A stretch of 64,000 bases of DNA from positions 12,664 to 76,663 of the forward strand of contig JAUSKC010000017.1 of NCBI GenBank assembly GCA_030647125.1, read 5' to 3'. This document shows, one piece after another, positions 18,396 through 27,701 of this stretch (within the stretch, counting starts at the first letter, position 1; each line of letters opens with the position of its first letter). The position numbers and the translations under genes were made by a program. The DNA comes from Nanobdellota archaeon (lineage in GTDB: Archaea > Nanobdellota > Nanobdellia > Pacearchaeales > GW2011-AR1). Under the pieces are notes generated by a model. The model ran no database searches and was not told the DNA's origin. It worked only from the letters and a program-made list of their open reading frames with translations.

Positions 18396-19094
18396 ATGGA
18401 AAAAATATTTGCTGACGGAAATTTTGAAAAAGAAATTAAAAAGATGAATTTTAGGGTTGCTATATTCGGTTCTGCGAGAGTTAAGAAAGACACTGAAAAT
18501 TATGAGATAGTAAAAAAATTGGCTAAAATAATTGGTGAAAATGATATAGACATTGTAACGGGCGGAGGGCCGGGACTTATGGAAGCAGCAAACAAAGGTC
18601 ATCAAGAAGGGAGTAGAAATAATAATTCACATTCTCTTGGATTATTAATAAAACTTCCAAAAGAACAAAAAGCAAATGAATATCTTACTGCTAAAACAAT
18701 ATTTAAAAAATTTATAGAACGACTTGAAACATTTTTGAAATTAAGTCATGCCGTTGTTGTTGCACCAGGCGGATTTGGAACTTTACTTGAATTAGTTTAT
18801 ACTTTGCAAGTCGTACAAGTTAAGAAAAATGTACGAATACCAATAATATTAATGGGGCCTATGTGGGTTGATTTAGTTAGGTGGATGCAGAAATGGCAAT
18901 TAAGAAGAAGGTTTGTTAACATAGAGGACTTTGATTCTATTTATGTTGTAAAAAAACCTGAAGAAGCAATGGAAATAATAAAAGCAGCAAAGGAATTATA
19001 TAAAAACAAGTCACAAAATTTATGCCCTCCTTTAGATAAATACAAAATTAAATTTGATAAAAGTACAAAGAGATTTGGATTTATTCCGAAATAG
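18396..19094 (+). CDS. LOG family / TIGR00730-type nucleotide-binding protein
   Basis: VAIFGSAR, VTGGGPGLMEAANKG and PGGFGTLLEL motifs. Confidence 0.75.
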   Translation: MEKIFADGNFEKEIKKMNFRVAIFGSARVKKDTENYEIVKKLAKIIGENDIDIVTGGGPGLMEAANKGHQEGSRNNNSHSLGLLIKLPKEQKANEYLTAKTIFKKFIERLETFLKLSHAVVVAPGGFGTLLELVYTLQVVQVKKNVRIPIILMGPMWVDLVRWMQKWQLRRRFVNIEDFDSIYVVKKPEEAMEIIKAAKELYKNKSQNLCPPLDKYKIKFDKSTKRFGFIPK

Positions 19095-19659
19095 ATTTTA
19101 GAATTTTGTTGGGAAATTTAGAATTTGCAATTGCCGAGGAGATAACGACACCTTTGCAACCAAGACGGCGAGCTTCTTGAATGTCTTCCTTATTTGATAT
19201 TCCCGCACCGCACAAAGGAATTATCTTTTTTCCTTTTAATAATTTGGCAAATTCTTTAACTTCATTCGTTTTGTAACTTGTAATACTTTTCCCGGTTCCA
19301 ATAAGTTTTGAGTCTTCGTAAGCAAGCATAGTCGGCTTTAATTTCATAATTCTTCTTGCTTCATTTATATTAGAGGCAAAAACAAGAGTTTTCAACTTTA
19401 ATTTCTTGCATACCTCAACTTGTTTTTTTAAAACTGAAAAACTTAGCTTATGTTCTGAATGATTTAACAAAGTTCCTGAGTTTGTGTTATTATAATAATA
19501 TTGAGAATAAACTTTTAGTTTTGTTTTTGAAGAAACTTCTTTAATCTCTGGAGACGGGACAGCGACAATTGAATTTGGAAGATATTTTTGTATTTTAATC
19601 GCTAAATCTAAGACTTGTTTTCCTTTTTTGTAGTTCTTGAAGTTAATGATAATTAGCAT
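19081..19659 (-). CDS. tpiA: triosephosphate isomerase, short archaeal type
   Basis: IINFKNY start, LLNHSEH catalytic His region, YED..LIGTGKS and CGAGIS motifs. Confidence 0.7.
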   Translation of the reverse strand: MLIIINFKNYKKGKQVLDLAIKIQKYLPNSIVAVPSPEIKEVSSKTKLKVYSQYYYNNTNSGTLLNHSEHKLSFSVLKKQVEVCKKLKLKTLVFASNINEARRIMKLKPTMLAYEDSKLIGTGKSITSYKTNEVKEFAKLLKGKKIIPLCGAGISNKEDIQEARRLGCKGVVISSAIANSKFPNKILKSISE

Positions 19660-20412
19660 TTAACTCCAAATTATCTTTTTTATTTTTTTTGTGAGTTCAA
19701 GAGGATTTTTGCTTTTCCAGACATTTCTTCCTATTGCAAGGCCGCTGGCTCCTGAAGACATTATGTCATGGGATTGTTTCAAGAAGGCATTTTCAGAGGT
19801 CTTTATTCCACCTGCAATTACAACTTTTGTTCTCCCTGCGGATTTAACTGCCCATTTTAAATCATCTTTATTATTTCCGTATTTTATTTTTGCTATGTCT
19901 GCGCCTAATTCCAAAGCTGTTCTTGCTGCATAAGCCAAATTTTCTTTTGATGTATCATTCTTAACGGACTTTCCACGAGGATAAACCCATAAAATAACAG
20001 GAAGACCTTTTGAGTGTGCCTCTTGTTCTATCTTTGAGAACTCTTCAATCATTTGCTCTTCGTATTTTGAGCCGATGTAAATTGTAAAGCCAACGGCCTT
20101 TGCTTTTAACTTTATTGCGTCGGCAACTGTTGCTATTTGTGCAGATAATGGTTCGCCCTTGAATAATTTTGTCTTACCATTTAATTTTAAAATCAAAGGC
20201 ACTTTTGATTTAATAATCTCTGAATGATATTTTTCAGCAATTCCTTTTTGGAAGATTATTCCGTTATACTTTCCTTTTTTTGCTATGTTAAGGATATACA
20301 AAGGATCAACATTTTTGTCATTAAATTCTATAGGCCCGTGCTCAAGCCCTTGATCATAAGCCAAGTAAAGCGCTTTTCCTTTTGTTGTTATCTTGTTTAG
20401 ATTTATTTTCAT
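19660..20412 (-). CDS. fba: class I fructose-bisphosphate aldolase (archaeal DhnA/FbaB type)
   Basis: LAYDQGLEHGP, ADIAKIKY (Schiff-base Lys region) and GLAIGRNVW motifs. Confidence 0.75.
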   Translation of the reverse strand: MKINLNKITTKGKALYLAYDQGLEHGPIEFNDKNVDPLYILNIAKKGKYNGIIFQKGIAEKYHSEIIKSKVPLILKLNGKTKLFKGEPLSAQIATVADAIKLKAKAVGFTIYIGSKYEEQMIEEFSKIEQEAHSKGLPVILWVYPRGKSVKNDTSKENLAYAARTALELGADIAKIKYGNNKDDLKWAVKSAGRTKVVIAGGIKTSENAFLKQSHDIMSSGASGLAIGRNVWKSKNPLELTKKIKKIIWS

Positions 20413-21407
20413 TTCACTAAATTTATAGGTTTATTTTTTATTATTCCTTTTATGTTTTCAATTGAGGTATCAAGAATTCTTTGCAAAGCCTCTGCGCTGT
20501 TGAATGCATTGTGAGGGGTGATAAAAACATTAGGATAATCCATTAACACATGATTCTCAAAAATTAAATGAAGCTGTTTTCTGTTGAAATTCTTTGATAT
20601 CAATTCGCGTTCATCTTTAATTAATTCTTCATCCTCAAGAACGTCCAGGCCGGCAGCGCCAATTTGTTTTGACTTAAGCCCTTCAATTAATGCGTCCGTC
20701 TCAATTATACCACCGCGAGAAGTATTAATTATGTAAGCGCCGTGTTTTACTTTGGACAAATTTCTTTTATTTAACATATGATAAGTTTGTTTAATTAAAG
20801 GAACATGAAAAGTTATTATATCTGATTTTGAATAAAGGTCGTCGAGTTTTGCAAATTTAATTCTTAAAGATCTTTCTAACTTTGGCATTCTTTTAGCGTC
20901 GGCATAAATAACATTCATTTCAAAACCTTTTGCTATGCGCGCAACATGGACCCCTATATTTCCTAAACCAACAATTCCTATTGTTTTGCCTTTTAGATCA
21001 AAGCCAGTAAGTCCGTCACATGAAAAGTCGCCGTCTTTCACTTTTTTCAAGGCCTGTGGAATTTTCCTAGTTAAACTTAAAATTAAAGCAAAAGTGTGTT
21101 CAGCGACGGTGTTTGAGCCGTAATACGGGACGTTGCAGACCTTTATCTTTTTCTTTTTAGCTTCTTTTATATCAATATGATCATATCCGGTTGAACGAGT
21201 TATTATTGCTTTTAATTTTGTAAAACACGAGATTGTTTTTTTATCAAACTTGGAATCTATAAAAGAAGAAACAATATCCGCATCTTTTACTTTTTCTAGA
21301 TTGCTCGAATTTAATTCTTCATGAAATAAAACTAAATTTTCATTCTTGAATGCTTGTTTAAACTTCTCTTTTTCCCATGGTTCGACATCAAATATTGCTA
21401 TTTTCAT
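20409..21407 (-). CDS. D-isomer-specific 2-hydroxyacid dehydrogenase (D-lactate dehydrogenase-like)
   Basis: GIVGLGNIGVHVAR NAD motif and NTSRGGIIE...GLDVLE...TPHNAF. I trimmed the start to MKIAIFD (ATG at 21407), which overlaps the upstream stop as ATGA. The 28 extra track codons run into the upstream gene. Confidence 0.8.
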   Translation of the reverse strand: MKIAIFDVEPWEKEKFKQAFKNENLVLFHEELNSSNLEKVKDADIVSSFIDSKFDKKTISCFTKLKAIITRSTGYDHIDIKEAKKKKIKVCNVPYYGSNTVAEHTFALILSLTRKIPQALKKVKDGDFSCDGLTGFDLKGKTIGIVGLGNIGVHVARIAKGFEMNVIYADAKRMPKLERSLRIKFAKLDDLYSKSDIITFHVPLIKQTYHMLNKRNLSKVKHGAYIINTSRGGIIETDALIEGLKSKQIGAAGLDVLEDEELIKDERELISKNFNRKQLHLIFENHVLMDYPNVFITPHNAFNSAEALQRILDTSIENIKGIIKNKPINLVK

Positions 21408-22303
21408 TTCAACACCATCTTTATTAAGTTTTTTCTTGATCCGTAATGGGACATAACTGCAACTGCCTCTTTTATTCCTAAACCAATACAAAAAGAAATA
21501 TCTTTGTTCCTTATTAAACCTGCTACAAACCCGGATGCAAAAGCATCCCCTGCACCGGTTTTATCTATGATATTTGTTTTTGTTGGCATTGCCGAGTAAA
21601 TTTTATTTTTATACAAACAATAAATCCTTTGGCCTTCATTTGTTATGGCAACTGTTTCAGGTCCGATTTTTTGAATTTGTTTAAGCATTTCAACTTCGGT
21701 TTTTTTCCCGACTAATAAACCAGCTTCTGTTTTATTTAACACAATGACGTCGCAATATTTTAACAAAGGCCTTACATTTAACTCTTTCAACAAATATTCG
21801 CTCGGATTGAAAGCAATTTTTACCCCTTTTTGCTTTAGTCGTTTAGCCAATTCAACCTGTGACTTAAAAGTCTGCCCGCCTGAAGAAGCAAAATAAATCC
21901 ATTTTGTTTGGAAATTTTTAATGTCTTTTAAAAGAATTTCATCATTAATTCCTTTGTAAGTCAAGATTGAACGGTTTTTGTTTTTATTTAATAATATTAT
22001 AGAAAAGCCAGAATTTTCGTCTTTAGTTTTTGAGCCAAGGAAAACGACTCTTTCTTTTTTTAACAAATTTAAAATTTCAATTCCATTTTTATCGCTGCCC
22101 ACTTTTCCTATAAAGCCAGTTTTGAAACCTAAACGCGAGAATGCAACGGCTGTATTCGTTCCGCCTCCGCCAACATCAAAATGAACTTTTTCAATAAGAA
22201 TTTTTGCCCCGTATGGAATTAAAATATTTCCGTTTTTCTCGGACACATCCGCTTTTATCGTTTCATCAATAACCGCTCCGCCAAAAGTAACTATATCAAA
22301 CAT
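21404..22303 (-). CDS. PfkB-family carbohydrate kinase
   Basis: VGGGGTNTAV N-terminal region and the DKTGAGDAFASGF C-terminal PfkB signature. Confidence 0.8.
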   Translation of the reverse strand: MFDIVTFGGAVIDETIKADVSEKNGNILIPYGAKILIEKVHFDVGGGGTNTAVAFSRLGFKTGFIGKVGSDKNGIEILNLLKKERVVFLGSKTKDENSGFSIILLNKNKNRSILTYKGINDEILLKDIKNFQTKWIYFASSGGQTFKSQVELAKRLKQKGVKIAFNPSEYLLKELNVRPLLKYCDVIVLNKTEAGLLVGKKTEVEMLKQIQKIGPETVAITNEGQRIYCLYKNKIYSAMPTKTNIIDKTGAGDAFASGFVAGLIRNKDISFCIGLGIKEAVAVMSHYGSRKNLIKMVLK

Positions 22304-22341
22304 GCTCCCTCTTTTATATAATTGAAAGAATTAAGAATTTT

Positions 22342-22728
22342 TTAAATGTTAGTATCTTTATTTTTGTAATCAAGACAGAATTTATCTGCGCCGTTGAAGA
22401 AAATTGCTAAAGTCGCAAAAGCCAAACCAAAATCCCTTATTGCTATTGCGTTGTATCCCATAGGCAAGGCTATAGCAAATAGGTGGACAGCCAAAACCAG
22501 CGACGAGAAACGGACGTACAATCCTGATATTAAAAATAAACCTAAAATAATTTCTAAAGAACCATTCATAAGCACAACAGTTCCGGGAGAGATTATCGAG
22601 GAGACGAATGGAGGAACAAAACCAGTCCAGCTTGTAGGAGAATAAATTTGGTTAATTCCAAACCATAAGAAGACAAGCGAAAGTGAAATTCGCAAAACTA
22701 TTTTCCCGTTTTCCCCATTAATTTTCAT
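22342..22728 (-). CDS. DoxX-like membrane protein
   Basis: 128 aa with four TM helices and an LRISLSLVFLWFG start typical of DoxX. Confidence 0.5.
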   Translation of the reverse strand: MKINGENGKIVLRISLSLVFLWFGINQIYSPTSWTGFVPPFVSSIISPGTVVLMNGSLEIILGLFLISGLYVRFSSLVLAVHLFAIALPMGYNAIAIRDFGLAFATLAIFFNGADKFCLDYKNKDTNI

Positions 22729-23132
22729 TGTAAATTCCCCTTATCTTGTATGTCTCCCATATAAGTTGCAACTTTCATAAATAACGAGACCTTAGAAGTT
22801 CCGTGTTTTTTTGTGAATGCGTCTTCAAATTCTTTAGCAGTGCCACAATTAGGGAGAATTGTATTTATAGGATGTTTTGGAAGCCATGAAGTTATATCGT
22901 AGGCCTTTCCTTGGAAACCTACCCAACAATCATTTTCAGTATTGTGTTTAGCCAGTTCAGCTAGGGTTATTCCAGAAGAACTTGAATCACTCCCACTTTG
23001 TCCAGTAACAGGTGTTCCTAGTTTAATTGAAGCATCATTATTAGAAGAATTGTTCAAACCTAGAAAGAAAGTTACCCCTATTATTACAAACGCGAGCAAC
23101 AATATTGAAATCAAATATGTTGTTTTTCCCAT
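22725..23132 (-). CDS. membrane-anchored cytochrome b5-like heme-binding domain protein
   Basis: N-terminal TM helix, then LAELAKHNTENDCWVGFQGKAYDITSWLPKHP (cyt b5-like fold motif). It has a 4-nt overlap with the DoxX gene. Confidence 0.6.
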   Translation of the reverse strand: MGKTTYLISILLLAFVIIGVTFFLGLNNSSNNDASIKLGTPVTGQSGSDSSSSGITLAELAKHNTENDCWVGFQGKAYDITSWLPKHPINTILPNCGTAKEFEDAFTKKHGTSKVSLFMKVATYMGDIQDKGNLQ

Positions 23133-23221
23133 ATACAGAAAGATTTTATTTGATTTATAAATTATATGAATTTTAATTATACTACAATAGATTATATAAA
23201 TGAAAGCGAGCTAAAATTATT

Positions 23222-24064
23222 GTGATAAAGATTACTGCAAATCTTGGGGAGTTAAAAAAAGAGATAGCTGAACTTAATATAGATGTTGATATAAATGAAA
23301 TAGTAAGGATAGACCTTCCATTTATAGACAGCCAAGATAAGTTTACTATAATCCATATTCCTTCATATGATAAAGATAATTCAAGCAATATTATTTTTGT
23401 TGCTGGCAGTAATATATTAATTTGCTCCACAATTATGAACGGCAAGATTGAGAAAAAATACGAAAAGATTATTAAGAAAAAGCAAGGAGAAAGCACAGTC
23501 TCAATATTTATACTTCTTAAATCAATTTTGAAAAATTACTCTCATGAGTTCTTAAGAATTCGAGATGTAATGAACGGCTTGGAGTTAGATCCCGTGCTTG
23601 ATTCTATTGAAGATGCAGGAAGACAGCTTAGAAAATTAACTGACAGAATGGAAGGATTATTCCAGATTATTATTGAATTAAAAGAAGAGGAGATTAATTG
23701 CTTTAACACTTCTTTCATAAACTTCGATTATGAAATTTTCAGTGCAGAGGCGAGATACTGGCTTGAGAGATGCAGAAGCCATACTTATAGAATTGCATCC
23801 TTAAGAACAAAATCCGAAATGCGTTCGAACAGGGAGTTGAATGATACGATGAAGAAACTTACAGTTATTATGACTTTTTTAACAATTGTAAGCATAGTTG
23901 TAAATGTGCCTGGAACGGTCGGAGCAATATTTGGAATTCCGGCTTTATCTGACGCTTATTTTGAAGGTCATACGACGCTATTAATTATAACACTTTTTTC
24001 AACAACTATCTTATCAATGCTTCTTGGATTTATTTACTGGAAGTCGCTGAAATTGAAGAGGTGA
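23222..24064 (+). CDS. CorA-like divalent cation transporter, divergent (GMN motif replaced)
   Basis: The C-terminus MKKLTVIMTFLTIV...VPGTVGAIFGIP...two TM helices...YWKS parallels the CorA LTi..ti.lP.t.i.GiyGMN architecture. GTG start. Confidence 0.5.
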   Translation: MIKITANLGELKKEIAELNIDVDINEIVRIDLPFIDSQDKFTIIHIPSYDKDNSSNIIFVAGSNILICSTIMNGKIEKKYEKIIKKKQGESTVSIFILLKSILKNYSHEFLRIRDVMNGLELDPVLDSIEDAGRQLRKLTDRMEGLFQIIIELKEEEINCFNTSFINFDYEIFSAEARYWLERCRSHTYRIASLRTKSEMRSNRELNDTMKKLTVIMTFLTIVSIVVNVPGTVGAIFGIPALSDAYFEGHTTLLIITLFSTTILSMLLGFIYWKSLKLKR

Positions 24065-24082
24065 AGAAATCTTATTTTTATT

Positions 24083-24469
24083 TTAGGCAGTTAATTGTTC
24101 ATTAAAAATACCCTTATCAATATTTATAAAATCTGATATTTCTCTTTTTATTCCCATTCTAATATTGGCATCTTTTATGAAAGCTTCAAAATCATTTACA
24201 GAAGAATATTCTGTCTCTGGTTGCGAGTATATAGTTATTCCATATGAAGAGGGCATTCTTATCTTCATTACTGCTTTTGCTTTTACTTTACCTGTTGGAT
24301 GATAACAAACCATAATAAACAAATAGTTTAATTGTAGGGGGATAGTATCTTCTATTCCCTTACCAAAAGATACTTGAGTATAACCCTGTGTTTGTTTCCA
24401 TAATAAATATTTTAGATCATGAGACAAAAAGTTTCCATTTAAAGTAAGATTTTGATCTGGTCTTTCCAT
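24083..24469 (-). CDS. hypothetical protein
   Basis: Track ORF trimmed to MERPDQN (ATG at 24469), because the longer version overlaps tRNA-Ser. Confidence 0.4.
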   Translation of the reverse strand: MERPDQNLTLNGNFLSHDLKYLLWKQTQGYTQVSFGKGIEDTIPLQLNYLFIMVCYHPTGKVKAKAVMKIRMPSSYGITIYSQPETEYSSVNDFEAFIKDANIRMGIKREISDFINIDKGIFNEQLTA

Positions 24470-24516
24470 GTGCCTACCCTGGTATAGACCATATATAAAA
24501 TTATCTAAACGTCCGA

Positions 24517-24597
24517 CGCCTGCGCCAAGATTCGAACTTGGGGGCCACAAGGGCATGGTTTTCGAGACCATTCCGTTAACCGCTCCGGCACACAGGC
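24517..24597 (-). tRNA. tRNA-Ser (anticodon CGA), type II with long variable arm
   Basis: Hand fold of the reverse complement:
- Acceptor gcctgtg/cgcaggc.
- 3-bp D stem.
- Anticodon arm atggt-ctCGAaa-accat.
- Variable arm gcccttgtggccc.
- T arm ccaag-ttcgaat-cttgg, discriminator g. Confidence 0.85.
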
Positions 24598-24661
24598 ATG
24601 TAAAAATAAAGAATTAATGAATATAAAAACTTTACAAAATAAAAAAAATAAAAAATAACAA

Positions 24662-25396
24662 TTATCTTAACTTATAGACCGCTGTAACACTTGCAGATAT
24701 ATCTTGTTCTGAAGGGGTTATATCGGTAGCAGCTTGCTTGACTTCTGATGCGGACGCTCCGTCACTTGCATAAGCCAACCAAGGCACATAGTTGAAATCG
24801 TTCACACTTGTTGAAACCAATTCTCCTAATTCTTTGTTAAAACCATCTGCGACAGATTGAGCTTTAACTCTAGCATCTTGCGCTGCAAGTTTAATTGCCT
24901 GCGCCTTGTATTCATTTTGTTTTTCCTGGCTTAACTCGAAATTTATGTAACTTATTCCAGCCCCAGCATTAACTCCAGCGTCAACGGACTTGCCGATTTT
25001 GGACGACTGAGAAGCTGGCATTTTTACAACAATTGTGTGAGTTGCTCTATAACCATTCTGAATGTTTTGGCCGTTAACATAATTGTAATCAGGGTAAACG
25101 TTAAAGTCCTGCGTTTTTATTTGGTCTTCAGAAAAACCCTCTGCAATTAAATTTTGAGTCAATTCATTTACAATATCTGCATTTTTCGAAGTTGCTTCTG
25201 CAGAAGTTGTTCCTTTTGTGTCCACAGAGAAATATACAGAAACAACATCTGGTATCGCTTTTATCATTGCTGCACCAGATACGGAAACAGTGTTTGCAGG
25301 ATTAGGATTTAAATTGTTCAGCGAACTTGAAATTAAAAATCCGAGGACGACTAGCCCTAAAACAATTATTCCAGTTATCTTTACTGAATTATCCAT
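24662..25396 (-). CDS. SIMPL/DUF541 domain protein with N-terminal membrane anchor
   Basis: VSGAAMIKAIPD...VYFSV...GYRATHTIVVKM...ITPSEQDISASVTAVYKL pattern. Start set at MDNSVKI (ATG at 25396), with AGGAGGT 9 nt upstream. Confidence 0.7.
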   Translation of the reverse strand: MDNSVKITGIIVLGLVVLGFLISSSLNNLNPNPANTVSVSGAAMIKAIPDVVSVYFSVDTKGTTSAEATSKNADIVNELTQNLIAEGFSEDQIKTQDFNVYPDYNYVNGQNIQNGYRATHTIVVKMPASQSSKIGKSVDAGVNAGAGISYINFELSQEKQNEYKAQAIKLAAQDARVKAQSVADGFNKELGELVSTSVNDFNYVPWLAYASDGASASEVKQAATDITPSEQDISASVTAVYKLR

Positions 25397-25470
25397 ATTT
25401 GTTTTACCTCCTTTCAGATTTTTACTTTTGTAAAAAGATGTATGCAGAATCTTTGATTCTCGCTTCAACA

Positions 25471-26040
25471 TTATAATTTCCTCCAATTTAATAGGACGAA
25501 TAAGATTAAAGTAAAGACCACGCCGGCAAAAAACCAGATCCAAACTGGTGAGGGTTGAGAAAAGAGTAAATTTGAATTTGAAACAATCTCATTTGCTCCG
25601 GTACTTGCCTGCGCCTGCAAAGCAAAATCTTTTGATGTTTGTGAAAGTTCATTTGATTTAGTCATAAAACCAATTAAGGCTGCAACGACGCCGGCAATTA
25701 ATACAACAGGAATTATGGACCTTAACTTTGAGTATGTAGAACGTGAGGGGGAAATAATAATAGATTTATTTGAAATTTTGTAAGTTGGAATCTTCTTACC
25801 CCGAGAACTCCAAAAGAAGTTTTTTGTTTTCTCTATTAAATCAGAGTTGACAAGTTTCTTTAAGTTGTATTCTACCGTGTTTAAAGGCATTTTTAATGCG
25901 TCAGCTATATCCTTTTCAGATGCCTCTTTCTGGTCCGAAAGAAAATCAATTATTTTTTTGCATGTCTTATTACCTAAGATATCTGCAAGTTTTTTTGATT
26001 TTTCATCGTCAAGCGATATTAAAATAAACTTTTTTTCCAT
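25471..26040 (-). CDS. ArsR-like winged-helix protein with C-terminal transmembrane segments
   Basis: KKIIDFLSDQKEASEKDIADALKMPLNTVEYNLKKLVNSDLIE wHTH, followed by two hydrophobic helices. Confidence 0.6.
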   Translation of the reverse strand: MEKKFILISLDDEKSKKLADILGNKTCKKIIDFLSDQKEASEKDIADALKMPLNTVEYNLKKLVNSDLIEKTKNFFWSSRGKKIPTYKISNKSIIISPSRSTYSKLRSIIPVVLIAGVVAALIGFMTKSNELSQTSKDFALQAQASTGANEIVSNSNLLFSQPSPVWIWFFAGVVFTLILFVLLNWRKL

Positions 26041-26196
26041 AAATTAATTAGATAAATGTTATTTATAAAACGCTCGAAGAGTTCAAGGGAGTTTGAAGTT
26101 AAAAAGAACACCCAAAAAATTGTTACTTTTACATGATAATTAAAGTATATACTACAGGATAATAATTGTTAATAAACAGAATTACGAGAAGGCTTT

Positions 26197-26643
26197 ATGA
26201 CTCGTTCAAGTAATATAGACAAATACTGTATCTATCTTAATAAAAAAGGGATTGAATATATAGCGGGAATAAACGGCACGATGCCAGCAAGTATTTCACC
26301 GATACCTCAAAGAGAAAAAGATATCAGTGTGGACAGGCTAGCAAGATTAGTGGATTTATCTGTGCAATACTTTTTATCAAGTCCAAGAACATCAGAAGAA
26401 ATGCAATTTATTTTAGCCCAACAACTTAACAGGGGAACAAGAAAATATCTTGACCATAGGTTTTTATCTGAAAAGAATAAATTAGGGGTAAGATCAAAAG
26501 AGGAAGATAAATTTGTAGTGATATATAAAGGAGTTAATCCTGAAAGATCATTAAACCCATTTTATACTTTGAGGTTAGCAAGAGATAAAGAGTTTCAGAA
26601 ATTATATGCTCGCCAGATTAATTCAGGAAACAAAAATAAGTAA
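26197..26643 (+). CDS. hypothetical protein
   Basis: 148-aa ORF. No motif recognised. Confidence 0.4.
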   Translation: MTRSSNIDKYCIYLNKKGIEYIAGINGTMPASISPIPQREKDISVDRLARLVDLSVQYFLSSPRTSEEMQFILAQQLNRGTRKYLDHRFLSEKNKLGVRSKEEDKFVVIYKGVNPERSLNPFYTLRLARDKEFQKLYARQINSGNKNK

Positions 26644-26907
26644 TTATCTCTTCCTTGATCTTTTTTTAGGAGCTTTTTCTGTTTTAGGGGTCTTCTTCAT
26701 TTCTGAAAAGACATAAATGTAAAGTATTTCCAAGATACCAACAGTATTAACGACTGCGAGGAGAATAAACCAAGTGATTTGATCTTTTCTTGCTGATTTC
26801 CACAAAGCAGCCATCTTCCAAATTGCAGACCAGATTATTATTATAACGAGCAACCAAAGATTTATTCCTATTTGATCAGCGAGCACTTGAAAATAATTTT
26901 CTACCAT
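26644..26907 (-). CDS. small two-helix membrane protein with Lys-rich tail
   Basis: 87 aa with two hydrophobic helices and a C-terminal KKTPKTEKAPKKRSRKR. Confidence 0.45.
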   Translation of the reverse strand: MVENYFQVLADQIGINLWLLVIIIIWSAIWKMAALWKSARKDQITWFILLAVVNTVGILEILYIYVFSEMKKTPKTEKAPKKRSRKR

Positions 26908-26979
26908 TTTACCTCTTATATGTTATAAAATAAAAAGAGGTTTATAAAAGTTTATATAGGGAGCGACAAATGAAAATTT

Positions 26980-27561
26980 ATGTTATTAAATATAATTCAT
27001 CCTTATACTTATCATGGAGATGGAGATACTTTTTGTATAGGTGGGCCAGAAAAATTTGATGAAAGGAACAAGCAAGTTAGAGAATTCGTGCTTTCTTTTG
27101 GAGAGAGAATTCTAATCCATAGATTTCGTAATGGCCTTATAGAAGATAATATACGAGAGATATCGCTTAATATGGATTCGAATTTTGATTATATAAAAAA
27201 ACTAAAAAATATAACAACTACACAATTTGGTATTCCCTTACCAGATGAAAGACCTAAAGAAATAAGTGAAGACAAATGGAAATATTTGTGCGGGATTTAT
27301 TCTATATCATCAGAAATTATGAACGCAATCAATGGAGATGAGGATCATCTTTTTATTGGAGGAGTTCTAGAAAATTGTGTAACAAATGCAATGGCTTATT
27401 TCAGAGAAAATTACTCCCCAGAAGGAAAAATATTATATATTCCAGAGCTTTGTGTATCTGAAAACGGAGAATTATTATCTAAAGTAGAAAAAGAATTAGA
27501 TAAACTTAAGATTTACCCTATTAATCTAGAAGATGCATTATTTTATTCTAAAGCTGCATAA
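26980..27561 (+). CDS. hypothetical protein
   Basis: 193-aa ORF. No secure motif. Confidence 0.4.
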   Translation: MLLNIIHPYTYHGDGDTFCIGGPEKFDERNKQVREFVLSFGERILIHRFRNGLIEDNIREISLNMDSNFDYIKKLKNITTTQFGIPLPDERPKEISEDKWKYLCGIYSISSEIMNAINGDEDHLFIGGVLENCVTNAMAYFRENYSPEGKILYIPELCVSENGELLSKVEKELDKLKIYPINLEDALFYSKAA

Positions 27562-27639
27562 TTTGTGCGAACTTTGGTGTTACTTTTTTATGATAGTTCA
27601 AAATCTTTAAATAAAAGTTTGGTTTGAAACAAGTGCGAA

Positions 27640-27687
27640 ATACAACAGATGGTAAAGTTAATAGGTTATAAGTACAATATGTTGTAT
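27640..27687 (+). promoter_or_regulatory. two NrdR-box-like imperfect palindromes, centres 32 bp apart, upstream of nrdR-nrdA
   Basis: tacaacagatggta (27641-27654) and tacaatatgttgta (27673-27686). By my count they match 10/16 and 12/16 positions of the NrdR box consensus as I recall it (acaCwAtATaTwGtgt). Confidence 0.5.
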
Positions 27688-27701
27688 TACGCGAGGTGAA
27701 T

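Noticed and set aside
21408-21491. N-terminal extensions in three track ORFs: 20409-21491 (28 codons), 24662-25543 (49 codons) and 24083-24571 (34 codons).
   Set aside because: The extensions overlap an upstream gene or the tRNA-Ser gene. Internal ATGs give canonical N-termini (MKIAIFD; MDNSVKI with AGGAGGT upstream), so the starts were trimmed.
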